A stretch of DNA of 64,000 bases from Phycisphaerae bacterium (GTDB lineage Bacteria; Planctomycetota; Phycisphaerae; UBA1845; Fen-1342), in assembly GCA_963666925.2 (NCBI GenBank), contig CAXXTC010000007.1, forward strand, positions 128,001-192,000. The letters run 5' to 3'. The position numbers and the translations under genes are program-made. The notes below the pieces were generated by a model. That model had not been told where the DNA came from and did not search any database. It saw nothing but the letters and a program-made list of their open reading frames with translations. Every line of letters starts with the position of its first letter. Position 1 is the first letter of the stretch. This document shows positions 29,812-39,467 of this stretch, piece after piece.

Positions 29812-30213
29812 ATGAACGAATCGCCGGAATACGACGAACACGCCGGGCCGAACGGGGCTGAGGCCGAGGCCAATAGTCCCGAGGCGGACGTTCCCGCCCC
29901 GGACGTCTCAGACGCCGACAAGCGGGCCAAGAAGCTGGCCAAGGCGGCGGCCAAAGCAGCCAAGAAACAAGCCGCGGCCGAGGCCAAAGCACACGCGGCC
30001 GAGCTTGCGGAGCAGGCGGTGGCCGAGGCGAAGGCGCATGCGGCGGAGGCCGCGGAGGAGACGCCGACGGAGTCAAACGCCTCGCTGGCGCATCGCAACC
30101 TCGAAGCCGCGGAAAAGAAAGTCCGGCTGGAAACCTGGCGCACGGTCTTCGCGGCCCTGGGCACGCTGGTAGGCCTCGGCACACTGGCACTGATGTTGCA
30201 AAACGGGTGTTGA
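29812..30213 (+). CDS. Hypothetical Ala/Lys/Glu-rich helical protein with C-terminal TM
   Basis: Plausible ORF with AKAAAKAAKK helical region and hydrophobic tail. Confidence 0.55.
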   Translation: MNESPEYDEHAGPNGAEAEANSPEADVPAPDVSDADKRAKKLAKAAAKAAKKQAAAEAKAHAAELAEQAVAEAKAHAAEAAEETPTESNASLAHRNLEAAEKKVRLETWRTVFAALGTLVGLGTLALMLQNGC

Positions 30214-30308
30214 TACGTGAGAAAGGCGTGAGGAAGGATCGAGCGGCTAACAGCCCGTTGAAAAACCCCTTGTCGGGCATGCGATAATAGAGATGTCAAG
30301 GAGGATGC

Positions 30309-31343
30309 GTGATGGCGTTGGGACGGCGTGGCGGCGAGCGGCAGGAAGAGCTGTGGGTTCCGACGGCGGCGGTGGCGCGGGGGCCGGGGCATCCGTTTTA
30401 CGACAAGCTGAATGAGTTGCTGGCCGAGGCCGGCTTTGATCGCTGGGTCGAGCAGCGCTGTCAGGCGTTCTACGCCACGCAGGGCCGGCCGGGGATTCCG
30501 CCGGGGGTGTACTTCCGCATGCTGCTGATCGGCTACTTCGAAGGGCTGGAGAGCCAGCGCGGCATCGCCTGGCGGTGTGCGGACTCGAACTCGCTGAAGA
30601 GCTTCCTGGGCTTCGGCCTGACCGAGATGACGCCGGACCATTCGTCGCTGACGAACATCCGCAAGCGGTTGCCGCTGGAAGTGCACGAAGAGGTCTTCGC
30701 GTTCGTGCTGGGGATCGCTCAACTGAAGAAGCTGCTGAAGGGCCAGGCGGTGGGCGTGGACGCGACGTTGCTGGAGGCCAACGCGGCGCTGAAGTCGATT
30801 GTCCGCAAGGACACGGGCGAGGATTACCGGCAGTACCTGCGGCGGTTGGCGAAAGAGGCGGGGATCGAAGATCCGAGCGACGACGACCTGAAGAAGTTCG
30901 ACAAGCGGCGCAAAGGCAAGAAGCTCTCGAATGCCGACTGGGAGTCGACCACTGAGCCGGATGGCCGGATCGCGAAGATGAAGGACGGGACGACGCACGT
31001 CGCGCACAAGGCCGAGCACGCGGTCGATCTGGAGAGCGAGCTGCTGCTGGCGGCGACGGTGCAGGCGGGGGATGCCGGCGATCCGGAGAGTCTGCCGCAG
31101 ACGCTGGTTGCGGCGCAGGTGAACCTGATGCGGGCGGGCAGCGACGCCGAATTGCAGGCTCTGGCGACGGACAGCGGGTATCACAGCAATGCGACGTTGA
31201 CGCAGTGTGCCGAGTGGGGCATTCGTACGTACATGGCCGAGAAGGACGAATCGCAGCAGCGTGTGTGGATCGACAAGCCGGCCGAGCAAGAGCGGGCGTT
31301 CCGCAACAACCGTCGGCGGCAAATGCGGCAAGCCGAATGCTGA
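30309..31343 (+). pseudogene. Truncated DDE transposase (DUF772-type N-terminus)
   Basis: GRPGIPP...TPDHSSL, VDATLLEANA, TDSGY; reading frame ends inside a foreign 61-bp insert. Confidence 0.85.
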
Positions 31344-31376
31344 CGACCTGCGGTTCTGTGTCCATTGTGGCGCGGA
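31316..31376 (+). repeat. 61-bp exact direct repeat of 31792-31852
   Basis: GCGGCAAATGCGGCAAGCCGAATGCTGACGACCTGCGGTTCTGTGTCCATTGTGGCGCGGA occurs at both positions. Confidence 0.95.
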
Positions 31377-31784
31377 GGGCCGGGCCGCCGCGGCCTGCGC
31401 CGCGCTCTTGGCCGTCCTCCGGGCCTTGGATGCGCCTCACGCTCAGCTTGCCCCAATTCGCCGCAGCGTAGCAAAACGCCAGTTGTTCAACGGGCTGCTA
31501 AGGACGGAGGATCGATGGTGCGGCGCTGGCACACGGCGATTTCGTCACGGCCTGCGCGGTGGCGCCAAGCGCACCAGGGATTGGTTGCTGTCCCGGGCTT
31601 CCCGAGTTTCCGTTGGGGATAAGGAGGGACTTGGCAGAACGCAGCCCCGCAAACCTTTTCCGGCCCATCACGCCACGATTTCGCCCTTGGATGCACCGGC
31701 GTGGCGCGCTATGCTACCGGCATCGGGATGGTGGGTAATCCCGGGCAAAGGGACATTCCACGACCGAGGATAAGGAAGGGCAGC

Positions 31785-33644
31785 GTGTATTGCGGCAAAT
31801 GCGGCAAGCCGAATGCTGACGACCTGCGGTTCTGTGTCCATTGTGGCGCGGACCTTGGATTGCAGACGCCGGGCCGCCCTGGCGATACGCTGGACAACGC
31901 CGAGACGCTACACGGACCGGTGCGTCCCACTCCCGCAGAAGACACGCTCGACGCTGCCAAGACAATTGACGGCACCCAGATCTACGAAGGCCGGCTGCTA
32001 GCGACCCGCTACAAGGTCCAGCGGCGGCTGGGTAGCGGCGGCATGGGCGAAGTCTGGCAGGGAATCGATACCGAGCTGGACAACCTCGCGGTCGCGATCA
32101 AGGTGCTCCCGGGCGTGCTGGCCCGCAACACCCACAGCATCAAAGCGCTGAAGCGCGAGGCCGCGGTCGCCCTGAAGCTAACCCACCCGAACATCTGCCG
32201 GCTGCACACCTTCCACAGCGACGGGGACGTGAAGTTCCTCGTGATGGAGTACATCGACGGCCACACGCTCGAAGAGCTGCTGGACCAGAAACCCGACCGG
32301 CGAATGATGCTGGACGAGCTGCTGCCGATCGCAACGCAGATCGCACAGGCTCTCGACTATGCCCACGGTCTGGTGCCGCCAGTACTGCACCGCGACATCA
32401 AGCCATCGAACATCATGGTGACGCGGGCGGGGGCAGCGAAGCTCCTGGATTTCGGCATCGCGCGGGAGATGAAGGACTCGGTTACGCGTGTGACCGGCAA
32501 GGAAACGTCGGGAACACTGCTATACATGTCGCCGGAGCAGTTCCAGGGCCAGACACCGACGCCGGTTTCAGACATCTACTCGTTCGCGGCCACGCTGTAC
32601 GAGTGCCTGGCGGGCCATCCACCGTTCTACCAGGGGGCGATCGGGCACCAACTGCTGCACATGGAGCCGCCGGCTTTGCGAGGCGCGTCTGAGAACGTCA
32701 ACGCGGCGCTCCAGTTTGCGCTTTCCAAAAGACCGCAGGATCGGCCGGCGCAGGCTGCCCTGCTCGTCGACGGACTACGGACAACCTCTCAGCCGTCGGT
32801 CGTGCCATCCACGCCGACGGCGTCGAGCGCAGCGACTCGACAACCCGCGGAGGACGCTCCTGGGCAACCAATCCCCATGCCGGTCACAAAGTCACTCCCC
32901 CTCGGCAATGGCGTCACCATGGAGCTGGTGCTGATTCCGGCGGGAGAATTCCTTATGGGCTCGCCGGCGTCGGAGCCGGGACGCGGCAATGACGAAGGGC
33001 CGCAGCACCTCGTGCGGATCACGAAGCCGTTCTATATGGGCAAGACAGAGGTGACGCAATCGCAGTGGCGGGCGGTGATGAGGAGCAACCCGTCGAACTT
33101 CAGCGCGTCGGGGGGCGGGAAGGACCAGGTGGCCGGTCAAGATACGTCGAACCTGCCGGTGGAGAACGTGTCGTGGAATGACGCGCAGGAGTTCTGTCGC
33201 GCGCTGAGCGAGCGACTCCGGAGCGAGGGATTGACGGTACGGCTGCCGACGGAGGCGGAGTGGGAGTATGCGTGTCGGGCGGGGAGTGCGGGTCGGTTCA
33301 GCTTTGGGGACAGCGACAGCGCGCTGGGCGACTACGCGTGGTACGGCAACAACAGCGGCAACACGACGCATCCGGTTGGACAGAAGACGGCGAACGCGTG
33401 GGGCCTTTGCGATATGCACGGGAACGTGTGGGAGTGGTGTGCGGATACATGGCACGATAGCTACCAGGGCGTGCCCGCGGATGGCAGCGCCTGGACGGCG
33501 GGCGGTGATTCGTCTCGCCGCGTCCTGCGCGGCGGGTCGTGGGACAGCATTCCGGCGAACTGCCGCTGTGCGAATCGCGCCGGGTTCAGGCCTGCCCTCC
33601 GCGGCGACCTCATCGGTTTTCGTGTTGCGGCGGGGACTCCATAA
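31785..33644 (+). CDS. Zinc ribbon + Hanks-type Ser/Thr kinase + FGE-sulfatase (CLec-fold) domain; probable DGR target
   Basis: CGKC...CVHC; GSGGMG, VAIK, HRDIKPSN, DFG; FLMGS, RLPTEAEWEYACRAG, DMHGNVWEW, RVLRGGSW...GFRV; GTG start after AAGGAAGG. Confidence 0.93.
   Translation: MYCGKCGKPNADDLRFCVHCGADLGLQTPGRPGDTLDNAETLHGPVRPTPAEDTLDAAKTIDGTQIYEGRLLATRYKVQRRLGSGGMGEVWQGIDTELDNLAVAIKVLPGVLARNTHSIKALKREAAVALKLTHPNICRLHTFHSDGDVKFLVMEYIDGHTLEELLDQKPDRRMMLDELLPIATQIAQALDYAHGLVPPVLHRDIKPSNIMVTRAGAAKLLDFGIAREMKDSVTRVTGKETSGTLLYMSPEQFQGQTPTPVSDIYSFAATLYECLAGHPPFYQGAIGHQLLHMEPPALRGASENVNAALQFALSKRPQDRPAQAALLVDGLRTTSQPSVVPSTPTASSAATRQPAEDAPGQPIPMPVTKSLPLGNGVTMELVLIPAGEFLMGSPASEPGRGNDEGPQHLVRITKPFYMGKTEVTQSQWRAVMRSNPSNFSASGGGKDQVAGQDTSNLPVENVSWNDAQEFCRALSERLRSEGLTVRLPTEAEWEYACRAGSAGRFSFGDSDSALGDYAWYGNNSGNTTHPVGQKTANAWGLCDMHGNVWEWCADTWHDSYQGVPADGSAWTAGGDSSRRVLRGGSWDSIPANCRCANRAGFRPALRGDLIGFRVAAGTP
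33516..33644 (+). repeat. Putative DGR variable repeat (VR)
   Basis: Collinear with the AAC-rich repeat at 33829-33946; all 11 TR Asn codons align to NNC/NNT codons here. Confidence 0.7.
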
Positions 33645-33690
33645 TGTTTTCCACTTTGCTCTTTTACACTTTTTCCCTTTTCCGGGGAGT

Positions 33691-33713
33691 CCAGAGGGGC
33701 GAAGCCCCTCTGG
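33691..33713. promoter_or_regulatory. Perfect hairpin/cruciform downstream of the VR (DGR target-recognition-like)
   Basis: CCAGAGGGGC-GAA-GCCCCTCTGG, 10-bp stem, preceded by a pyrimidine-rich tract at 33645-33683. Confidence 0.7.
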
Positions 33714-33828
33714 TTGCGCGGAAAGGCGGAAAGTGCGCGCACGCGGCGTGTGCGCGCTGTCAGCCGGCGCGGCGCACGCCGCCCAACGAAATTCGCCGCA
33801 CCAGCGGCGGATGGGATCCGGTTATAGT

Positions 33829-33946
33829 AGCCGCGTCCTGCGGGGCGGCTCGTGGAACAACAATGGCAGGAACCTGCGGTCCGCGAATCGCAACAGGAAC
33901 GACGCCGACAACCACTGGAACAACAACGGCTTCCGGGTGGTGGTGG
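33829..33946 (+). ncRNA. Putative DGR template repeat (TR)
   Basis: Copy of the FGE C-terminus outside any credible gene, reading SRVLRGGSWNNNGRNLRSANRNRNDADNHWNNNGFRVVV with 11 AAC/AAT codons. Confidence 0.8.
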
Positions 33947-34346
33947 GTGCGTCTGCGGCGGGGAGTCTGGCGGGACGCTCGATTTGCTCCCGACGGCCGG
34001 AATGCGCGGGATCATGGTCCCGTGCAGCGTGCCGATCAGAGTCCGAACCGGATTCCGGCTCTTCCGCGGCTTGCGCCGCGGGAGGCGAATGCACGTTGTG
34101 GCCCCGCCCGGCCCATGCAGCCATTGCCCCGGGCGGGGTGTTGCGAAAGACCCGGCGCGAAGATCAGCCGCGCTGGTGCGAATCAAGAATTTAGGGACAC
34201 AGCCACCACTTAACTGCCGATTACGTGCTGCCAACCCACCACCAAAACGCCAAGAACCCCTGGCAGGTCCAGCCCGCCAGGGGTCCTCGCAATCCTCAGC
34301 ACCCGGCCAGGTCGGCCGAGGTTATTCCACTCAAAACGCTACACTA

Positions 34347-36320
34347 CTACTTCGTAGCCTGTGCACCGCCCGTCGACTGTTCGGCCGGCTCCTTCGACTC
34401 CTTCGGCTCGGCGGCCGGCTTCGGCGGCTCCTGATAGTTCGTCACCGTTCGCGTCCGCACCATCAGCCCATCCTGAGACGTCACCGAACACTTCGACTGA
34501 TAGAAGTCCAGCGTCCGCGCTACCCGACCCAGCTTCGTAGCCACGCTCAGCAACATCGTCATCGCCGGATGCTTCGTAACGTCCGGCGGCAACATCATCT
34601 GCATCAGCCCCGTCATCGCCAGCGCCTGGCCAATCTCCTCGCCAAGCTTGCTCAGATCAGAAAACTCGAAACCGGTAACGTTGTCGCCCAGCGGCAACCC
34701 CTCCTTCTTATACCGCTCATTGGACTGGAACGTGTCATGCTTACCAGCACCAGTTTGGAGCGCCAGCGTCACGATCTCCGGACCATTACCCACGAACAGG
34801 TGACCCTCGGCCACGCCCAGGATCGGCCGACCCAGCCCCGGCATCATCGCCATGAACGGCGGCAGAATCACACGCTTGAACCCCGGCGCTTCCGGCAGCT
34901 CAGCATCCTCGATGGCACCGTTCTGCTCCATCAGCATCGGGTTCACCAGCGCCACCAGCTTCTCCAGGGCCGCGCTGGCCTTGGCCTCGTCACGCACGCC
35001 GACGATCATCACCCAGTCCGACATGAACTGCGACCGCATGTTACCTGAGAAGCTCACGAACGACGTCCCCAGCCAGTTCAGCAGATCCTGCTCAATATCA
35101 ACCGGAGACTCCGCCATCATCCCCTTGAACTGCTGCACATACTCCGTACCCATCGGCACCTGGGTTTCCATGAACTTCACCGTCTCGTCATAGAGCGCCT
35201 TCAGGTCAAAGCCGCTCATCACGCTGACGTTCTTGGCTTCCTTCGGCACAAAACGCAGCGGCTTGGCCAGCGGACCGGACGCGAAGAAAACCTTGTACGC
35301 CGCCCGCTGAGACGCCTGGTCACGCAGCACCGCAACCTCTTCAGTGGTGGTCTTCATCCCCTCCGTACGCGTGCTCTCCAGCACGTAATCCCAGATATCA
35401 AACTCGTCCACGATGCGCGGCAGGAAAGCCAACGGCGATTCGCCCGCGCCGGCCTGCTGACCTTCCGCACCTTCCGTTTCCTCATCCGACATCATCATCT
35501 GCTGGCCCGCCGCCTGCGCTGCCATTTCGGCAAACGCCCGACCCTGCTGCACCAGCTTGCCTGCCTCGATGAAGGAAAACGCGTCCCGCGGCGGTGCAAC
35601 CTGCTGCAACGCCTTCTGGAAGCGCGCGGTCGACACCAGCGTGGCGTTCGGACCGGCCGCCTCGCCGCGCAACAGCGCCAGCGACTTCTCCGCCATGCTC
35701 GTACCGAAGCCGAGCAACAGCACTTCATCGTGCCGGGCCAGCGTCAAGACCATCGGCACGGGCGACTGCGCCACCGACAGCTTGTGCACGACGCTCGTCC
35801 CCTCGCCCTCGGTCGACAGGAGCAACTGCCCCTCCGGCGCCAGCGCTACCAGGTTGTTCAGTATCGCCACCAGGCCGTCGAAATCGTCGGTGACCTGATC
35901 CGCGGGCGGCATGAACATGAACACGAAGTCCGCCCCGAACGGGACGGCGACGGTCATCGCGAAGGCCATCTCGCGATCGCTCAATTGCGACCAATGCACC
36001 CCCATGGCCAAGTCGTGAATCTGCTGCCAGCGCTGCTCCAGTTCCGCCTGGCTCTCGCCGGCGCCATCGGCCATCCCCATGAGCATACGCTTGAGGTCGC
36101 GTTCGAAATGCTGGTCGGCGACCGCTTTCCAGACGCGTTCGCACTGCTGGTTGAGGAAATCGAGACCCTCGTGGTTGCGCGTGTGCACGGCGAGCATGGT
36201 GTCCGCCGGCACGGCCCGGGTCAGCGTGAAATCATCCCCAATGCCGGCCTGCGCCGGCAGCGCCGCCGCCAACAGTCCCACCAGCGCCACGCCCCCGATC
36301 CAGAAAAGCCTGTGTCTCAT
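34347..36320 (-). CDS. Secreted hypothetical protein (possibly DUF3352-like)
   Basis: AGGAGA RBS, signal peptide ending AQA, 657-aa ORF. Confidence 0.7.
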   Translation of the reverse strand: MRHRLFWIGGVALVGLLAAALPAQAGIGDDFTLTRAVPADTMLAVHTRNHEGLDFLNQQCERVWKAVADQHFERDLKRMLMGMADGAGESQAELEQRWQQIHDLAMGVHWSQLSDREMAFAMTVAVPFGADFVFMFMPPADQVTDDFDGLVAILNNLVALAPEGQLLLSTEGEGTSVVHKLSVAQSPVPMVLTLARHDEVLLLGFGTSMAEKSLALLRGEAAGPNATLVSTARFQKALQQVAPPRDAFSFIEAGKLVQQGRAFAEMAAQAAGQQMMMSDEETEGAEGQQAGAGESPLAFLPRIVDEFDIWDYVLESTRTEGMKTTTEEVAVLRDQASQRAAYKVFFASGPLAKPLRFVPKEAKNVSVMSGFDLKALYDETVKFMETQVPMGTEYVQQFKGMMAESPVDIEQDLLNWLGTSFVSFSGNMRSQFMSDWVMIVGVRDEAKASAALEKLVALVNPMLMEQNGAIEDAELPEAPGFKRVILPPFMAMMPGLGRPILGVAEGHLFVGNGPEIVTLALQTGAGKHDTFQSNERYKKEGLPLGDNVTGFEFSDLSKLGEEIGQALAMTGLMQMMLPPDVTKHPAMTMLLSVATKLGRVARTLDFYQSKCSVTSQDGLMVRTRTVTNYQEPPKPAAEPKESKEPAEQSTGGAQATK

Positions 36321-36535
36321 GACCAGTTCTCCTTGCATTGCAGTCGTTCGCGAGGCCGCAAGCGCCACGGAATCTCGGATCGCCGTCCGCGCGGCAGCCT
36401 CCGGCCGATGTGACGTCACATCATCCCGACATGATATCGTTCCCGAACGGCGCGAAAACCACATCCACGCGCGGAAACACACGCTTTCACAAATTCTGAC
36501 AGCCGCCCGATCGTCCGCCCGCATCGTTTCCGGGC

Positions 36536-37903
36536 CTACTCCTGGCGCCACGCCGGCAGAACCCGACCATTCTGGTACAATACCAACCGCTGCACCTTTC
36601 CGGACCCACTGAGCTCAAACTCGATTTCCGCTTCCACCGCGCGATAGAAAAAACGCGTGTCGCTGGCGGCGTAGATCCGGTAACGGTCCTGCCCGGTGAG
36701 CTGCGCGTAGAGCCGGTCCTCTTCACGCGTGATCGTGAACATCACGCCCGGCGCGAGCTGGTAGAGTCCGACGTAACGCTCCAGCACGGCCGGCGCCACC
36801 GCCACCGCTGGCCGAACCGCACTGATCGGCCAGCGTGGGTTCAGCGCGTGCAACCCGAGTTCGTCGATGTTCGTTGATCCGTTTGCCAACACGACCACGC
36901 CCAGCGATCTGTCTTTCAGGAACCCGCAGAAGCTGTGGAACCCGCCCGTCTGGCCGTTGTGCCAGATGATTTCTCTGTCATAGCGCGTCCAGACGTGCCA
37001 GCCGAGCGCGATCGTCAAGCCCGGCGTGCCGGTATTGAATCGCGGCGTCGTTGCCCGCTCCAGAATCGGGCGTAATTCCGTTTTGACCAACCCCATGTTC
37101 GCGGCCACGAAGCGCAACATGTCGTACGCGGTTGAGCGCAGCGCTCCGCAGCCGGCCAGGGCATCGAAATCCCAGTGGTGGCTGCGCTGTTCGCCGGCGT
37201 GCGGGCCCGCGAGCCGTTGGCGTTGCTCGTCGCTGAGGTTGATGCCGGTGTCACGCATTTTCAGTGGTCGACAAATCGTCCGCTCGGCCAGTTCGACATA
37301 GCTACACCCGGCCCGCGTGGCGAGGATGTGCCCGAGCAGCCCGGCCCCGAGATTGGAGTATTCATACTTTTCGCCGACCGCGCGGGCGAGCTTGCAGCTT
37401 GCCAGGAAGGATCGCAGATCGTCGGCCGAGTAGTCGGCGTAGGGGTTGTAACCGTCGGCGGGCGCGAAGTTTGTCGGCATGCGCGGCAGGCCCGAGCGAT
37501 GGGTCGCGAGATGCTCCAGCGTGATCTGCCGGTCATCGTGTTGCGGTATTGAAAAGCCGGTTGGCGCGTATTCCTGGGCCGGATGGTCGAGTGCGACCTG
37601 GCCGTGCTCGACGGCGTCGGCCAGCAGGATGGCGGTGAATACCTTGGTGATCGAGCCGATCTCGAAGATCGTCCGCTCGTCGACGGGGCGGGTGTCGTCG
37701 ACGGCGAGTTGGCCGTAGGCGAAGAAGGTTGGGCCGGTCTTGTCGACCAGGCCGATGACGATGCCCGGGCAGACGCCGGCGTCGACGCGGTCGCGGGCGG
37801 CCTGTTTGAGATCGTCGGTAATCGGCGGGCCGCCGGCCCGGGCAGTTGAGGTCGCCATTAGCAGAATCGTTGCTATCCACGCGGGTTTGCTGACACACGA
37901 CAT
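36536..37903 (-). CDS. Serine hydrolase, beta-lactamase/AmpC-like family, with DUF3471-like C-terminus
   Basis: FEIGSITK (SxxK), YEYSN, WHNGQTGG; signal peptide. Confidence 0.9.
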   Translation of the reverse strand: MSCVSKPAWIATILLMATSTARAGGPPITDDLKQAARDRVDAGVCPGIVIGLVDKTGPTFFAYGQLAVDDTRPVDERTIFEIGSITKVFTAILLADAVEHGQVALDHPAQEYAPTGFSIPQHDDRQITLEHLATHRSGLPRMPTNFAPADGYNPYADYSADDLRSFLASCKLARAVGEKYEYSNLGAGLLGHILATRAGCSYVELAERTICRPLKMRDTGINLSDEQRQRLAGPHAGEQRSHHWDFDALAGCGALRSTAYDMLRFVAANMGLVKTELRPILERATTPRFNTGTPGLTIALGWHVWTRYDREIIWHNGQTGGFHSFCGFLKDRSLGVVVLANGSTNIDELGLHALNPRWPISAVRPAVAVAPAVLERYVGLYQLAPGVMFTITREEDRLYAQLTGQDRYRIYAASDTRFFYRAVEAEIEFELSGSGKVQRLVLYQNGRVLPAWRQE

Positions 37904-38226
37904 GATTATCTCCTGGCGCAGTGTGTTACGCTGTCTGCATCGTATCGAACGTGTGGCGGGCGGGCGGGCCGCCACACCTTACTCTTTGGTGATTGATCTG
38001 GCTCGGAGTCCCGCTCTACCTGCAATTGTCTGACTTGTCAGAAGACACACTGGCACGTTCGCCGGCGGCACGGTCCCCGGCGCCCACACGACTGATTGTC
38101 GACGTCATTCTGGGCGTGTGGTGTGGGGGCGGTCAATTCGAAAGATGGCCTGCAATTGGAATCGCGCTGGGTGGATTTGGCGATTATACTGTACATAGTG
38201 CAGAATCCAGGTGTTGGAGAGTAGGT

Positions 38227-38748
38227 ATGGCGATTCTCAATGATCCGGTGCCGCTGCCGGAGGATAAGCCGGAGCCGGAATGGTCGCCGGAGATCGGTTT
38301 GCGTCGCGCGGCCGTTCGCGGGCCGATTGTGACGGTGGTGGTGGCGGTGCTGATGAGTCCGCTGTTTTATTTCATGCCGTACGTGATGCTGGGTGCGTTG
38401 GTACGGATCGGGCTGACGCTGTTGGTTGGGTGGATCATATTCCGGGCGGTGCAGAGTGCCGGCGGGATGACGAGCTGGCCGCTGACGGCATTGGCCACCG
38501 TGCTGACGCTGATCGCGTTCCTGCTTCAGAACCTGGTAATGATGGCTTCGCCGTCGCCGATGTTCGCGGCCCTGACTCCACTGCGCTGGTGGGAATGGTT
38601 CACGCCGGAATGCATCTTTCTTCTTCATCTGGTCACGATCCTGTCGCTGCCGCTGTGCATAGTGCTGTTCCACAGCGGCTCGGGGCCGGGCGGGTATTCC
38701 GTTCTGGGCGAGGTCCTGACAATGGGCGTCTGGGGCACGCGACGGTGA
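38227..38748 (+). CDS. Hypothetical membrane protein
   Basis: About 4 hydrophobic segments; GGAG upstream. Confidence 0.6.
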   Translation: MAILNDPVPLPEDKPEPEWSPEIGLRRAAVRGPIVTVVVAVLMSPLFYFMPYVMLGALVRIGLTLLVGWIIFRAVQSAGGMTSWPLTALATVLTLIAFLLQNLVMMASPSPMFAALTPLRWWEWFTPECIFLLHLVTILSLPLCIVLFHSGSGPGGYSVLGEVLTMGVWGTRR

Positions 38749-39191
38749 AGGTGATGCGCCATCATGTGTGCCGTGTGCTGTCGTGGGCGTTGTCATGGGC
38801 GCTGTGATGTTCGCTGTCATGCTGGTTCGCTTCGTTCGGCTGTGTCCGTTGTGTGACAATGTCCGGTCGCTGTGGGCGTCGCCGACCGAGCCCGGGGGAC
38901 AGCGTAAGCGTAGTTAAGTGTTGACGCGCTTTTTGGGCCGGGCAAGTTGGGATGGGAGGATTGTCACTGGCTGGCGGAGATTGTTGGATTCTGGCGGTTT
39001 TTGGCAGCGTATTATTTTACGCCAGCCACCTGCTGCCGGTTGAAGCAGCTTACACGGGTGGAACTCGCGGCCACTCGGGTACCGGCGGCGTTGTCTCCAA
39101 GCTTCGTTTGTCGTGCAGCATAACCGGCGCGAGGGGCGACTTGTTCAACGGCCCCGCTGTTTCTAATTACTTAGTTACTTAATTATTCTGG

Positions 39192-39353
39192 GAGTCTCGC
39201 AATCGTCACGCCAAAACACAGGTCGATCAGGATCAGAAAGATCGCCGGAGCTAAGCACTTGCTCATGGGCCAGCCCCTTTAGCCGCTCGGGCTTCGGATT
39301 GAACCCGGCAGGAAACTTCATCGTTACGTCGACTCGTTCTTCTGTTGCCGAAT
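39192..39353 (-). ncRNA. Candidate structured ncRNA (6S-like shape, unverified)
   Basis: Long closing stem GAGTC/GACTC with internal bubble; A.C mismatches on plus become G.U pairs on minus; TAAAAT -10-like box just upstream on minus. Confidence 0.35.
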
Positions 39354-39467
39354 GTCCAATTTTACACGGTCTCGGCGATGCGGCGGGCGCGGTTGTCGTA
39401 AGCGGGCTTGACCTTGTTGCCGTTGCGGGCTGCGTGCTACACTGCGGGGACTTGCGTCAGGAGTAAT

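Larger units (their letters stand above)
30251..31497 (+). mobile_element. IS5/IS1182-type insertion sequence, internally deleted
   Basis: Terminal inverted repeats CAGCCCGTTGAAAAAC / GTTGTTCAACGGGCTG; flanking CTAA direct repeats at 30247-30250 and 31498-31501. Confidence 0.9.

Noticed and set aside
29757..31440. Minus-strand ORFs of 524 and 397 aa
   Set aside because: Shadows of the transposase and the upstream gene
33268..34194. 308-aa ORF containing RVLRGGSWNNN as a second FGE protein
   Set aside because: Only the TR segment is FGE-like; the rest is out-of-frame overlap with the kinase gene, so it is better explained as a non-coding TR
33516..34346. Complete autonomous DGR
   Set aside because: No RT or Avd in the window, and too many non-adenine TR/VR mismatches for a cognate pair
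36536..37903. Antibiotic-resistance beta-lactamase call
   Set aside because: SxxK/YxN/HxG motifs are shared by many peptidases and esterases of this family; substrate cannot be inferred
39100..39360. tmRNA, RNase P RNA or a dif site
   Set aside because: No tRNA-like ends with CCA, no GAGGAAAGTCC, and no convincing XerC/XerD arms
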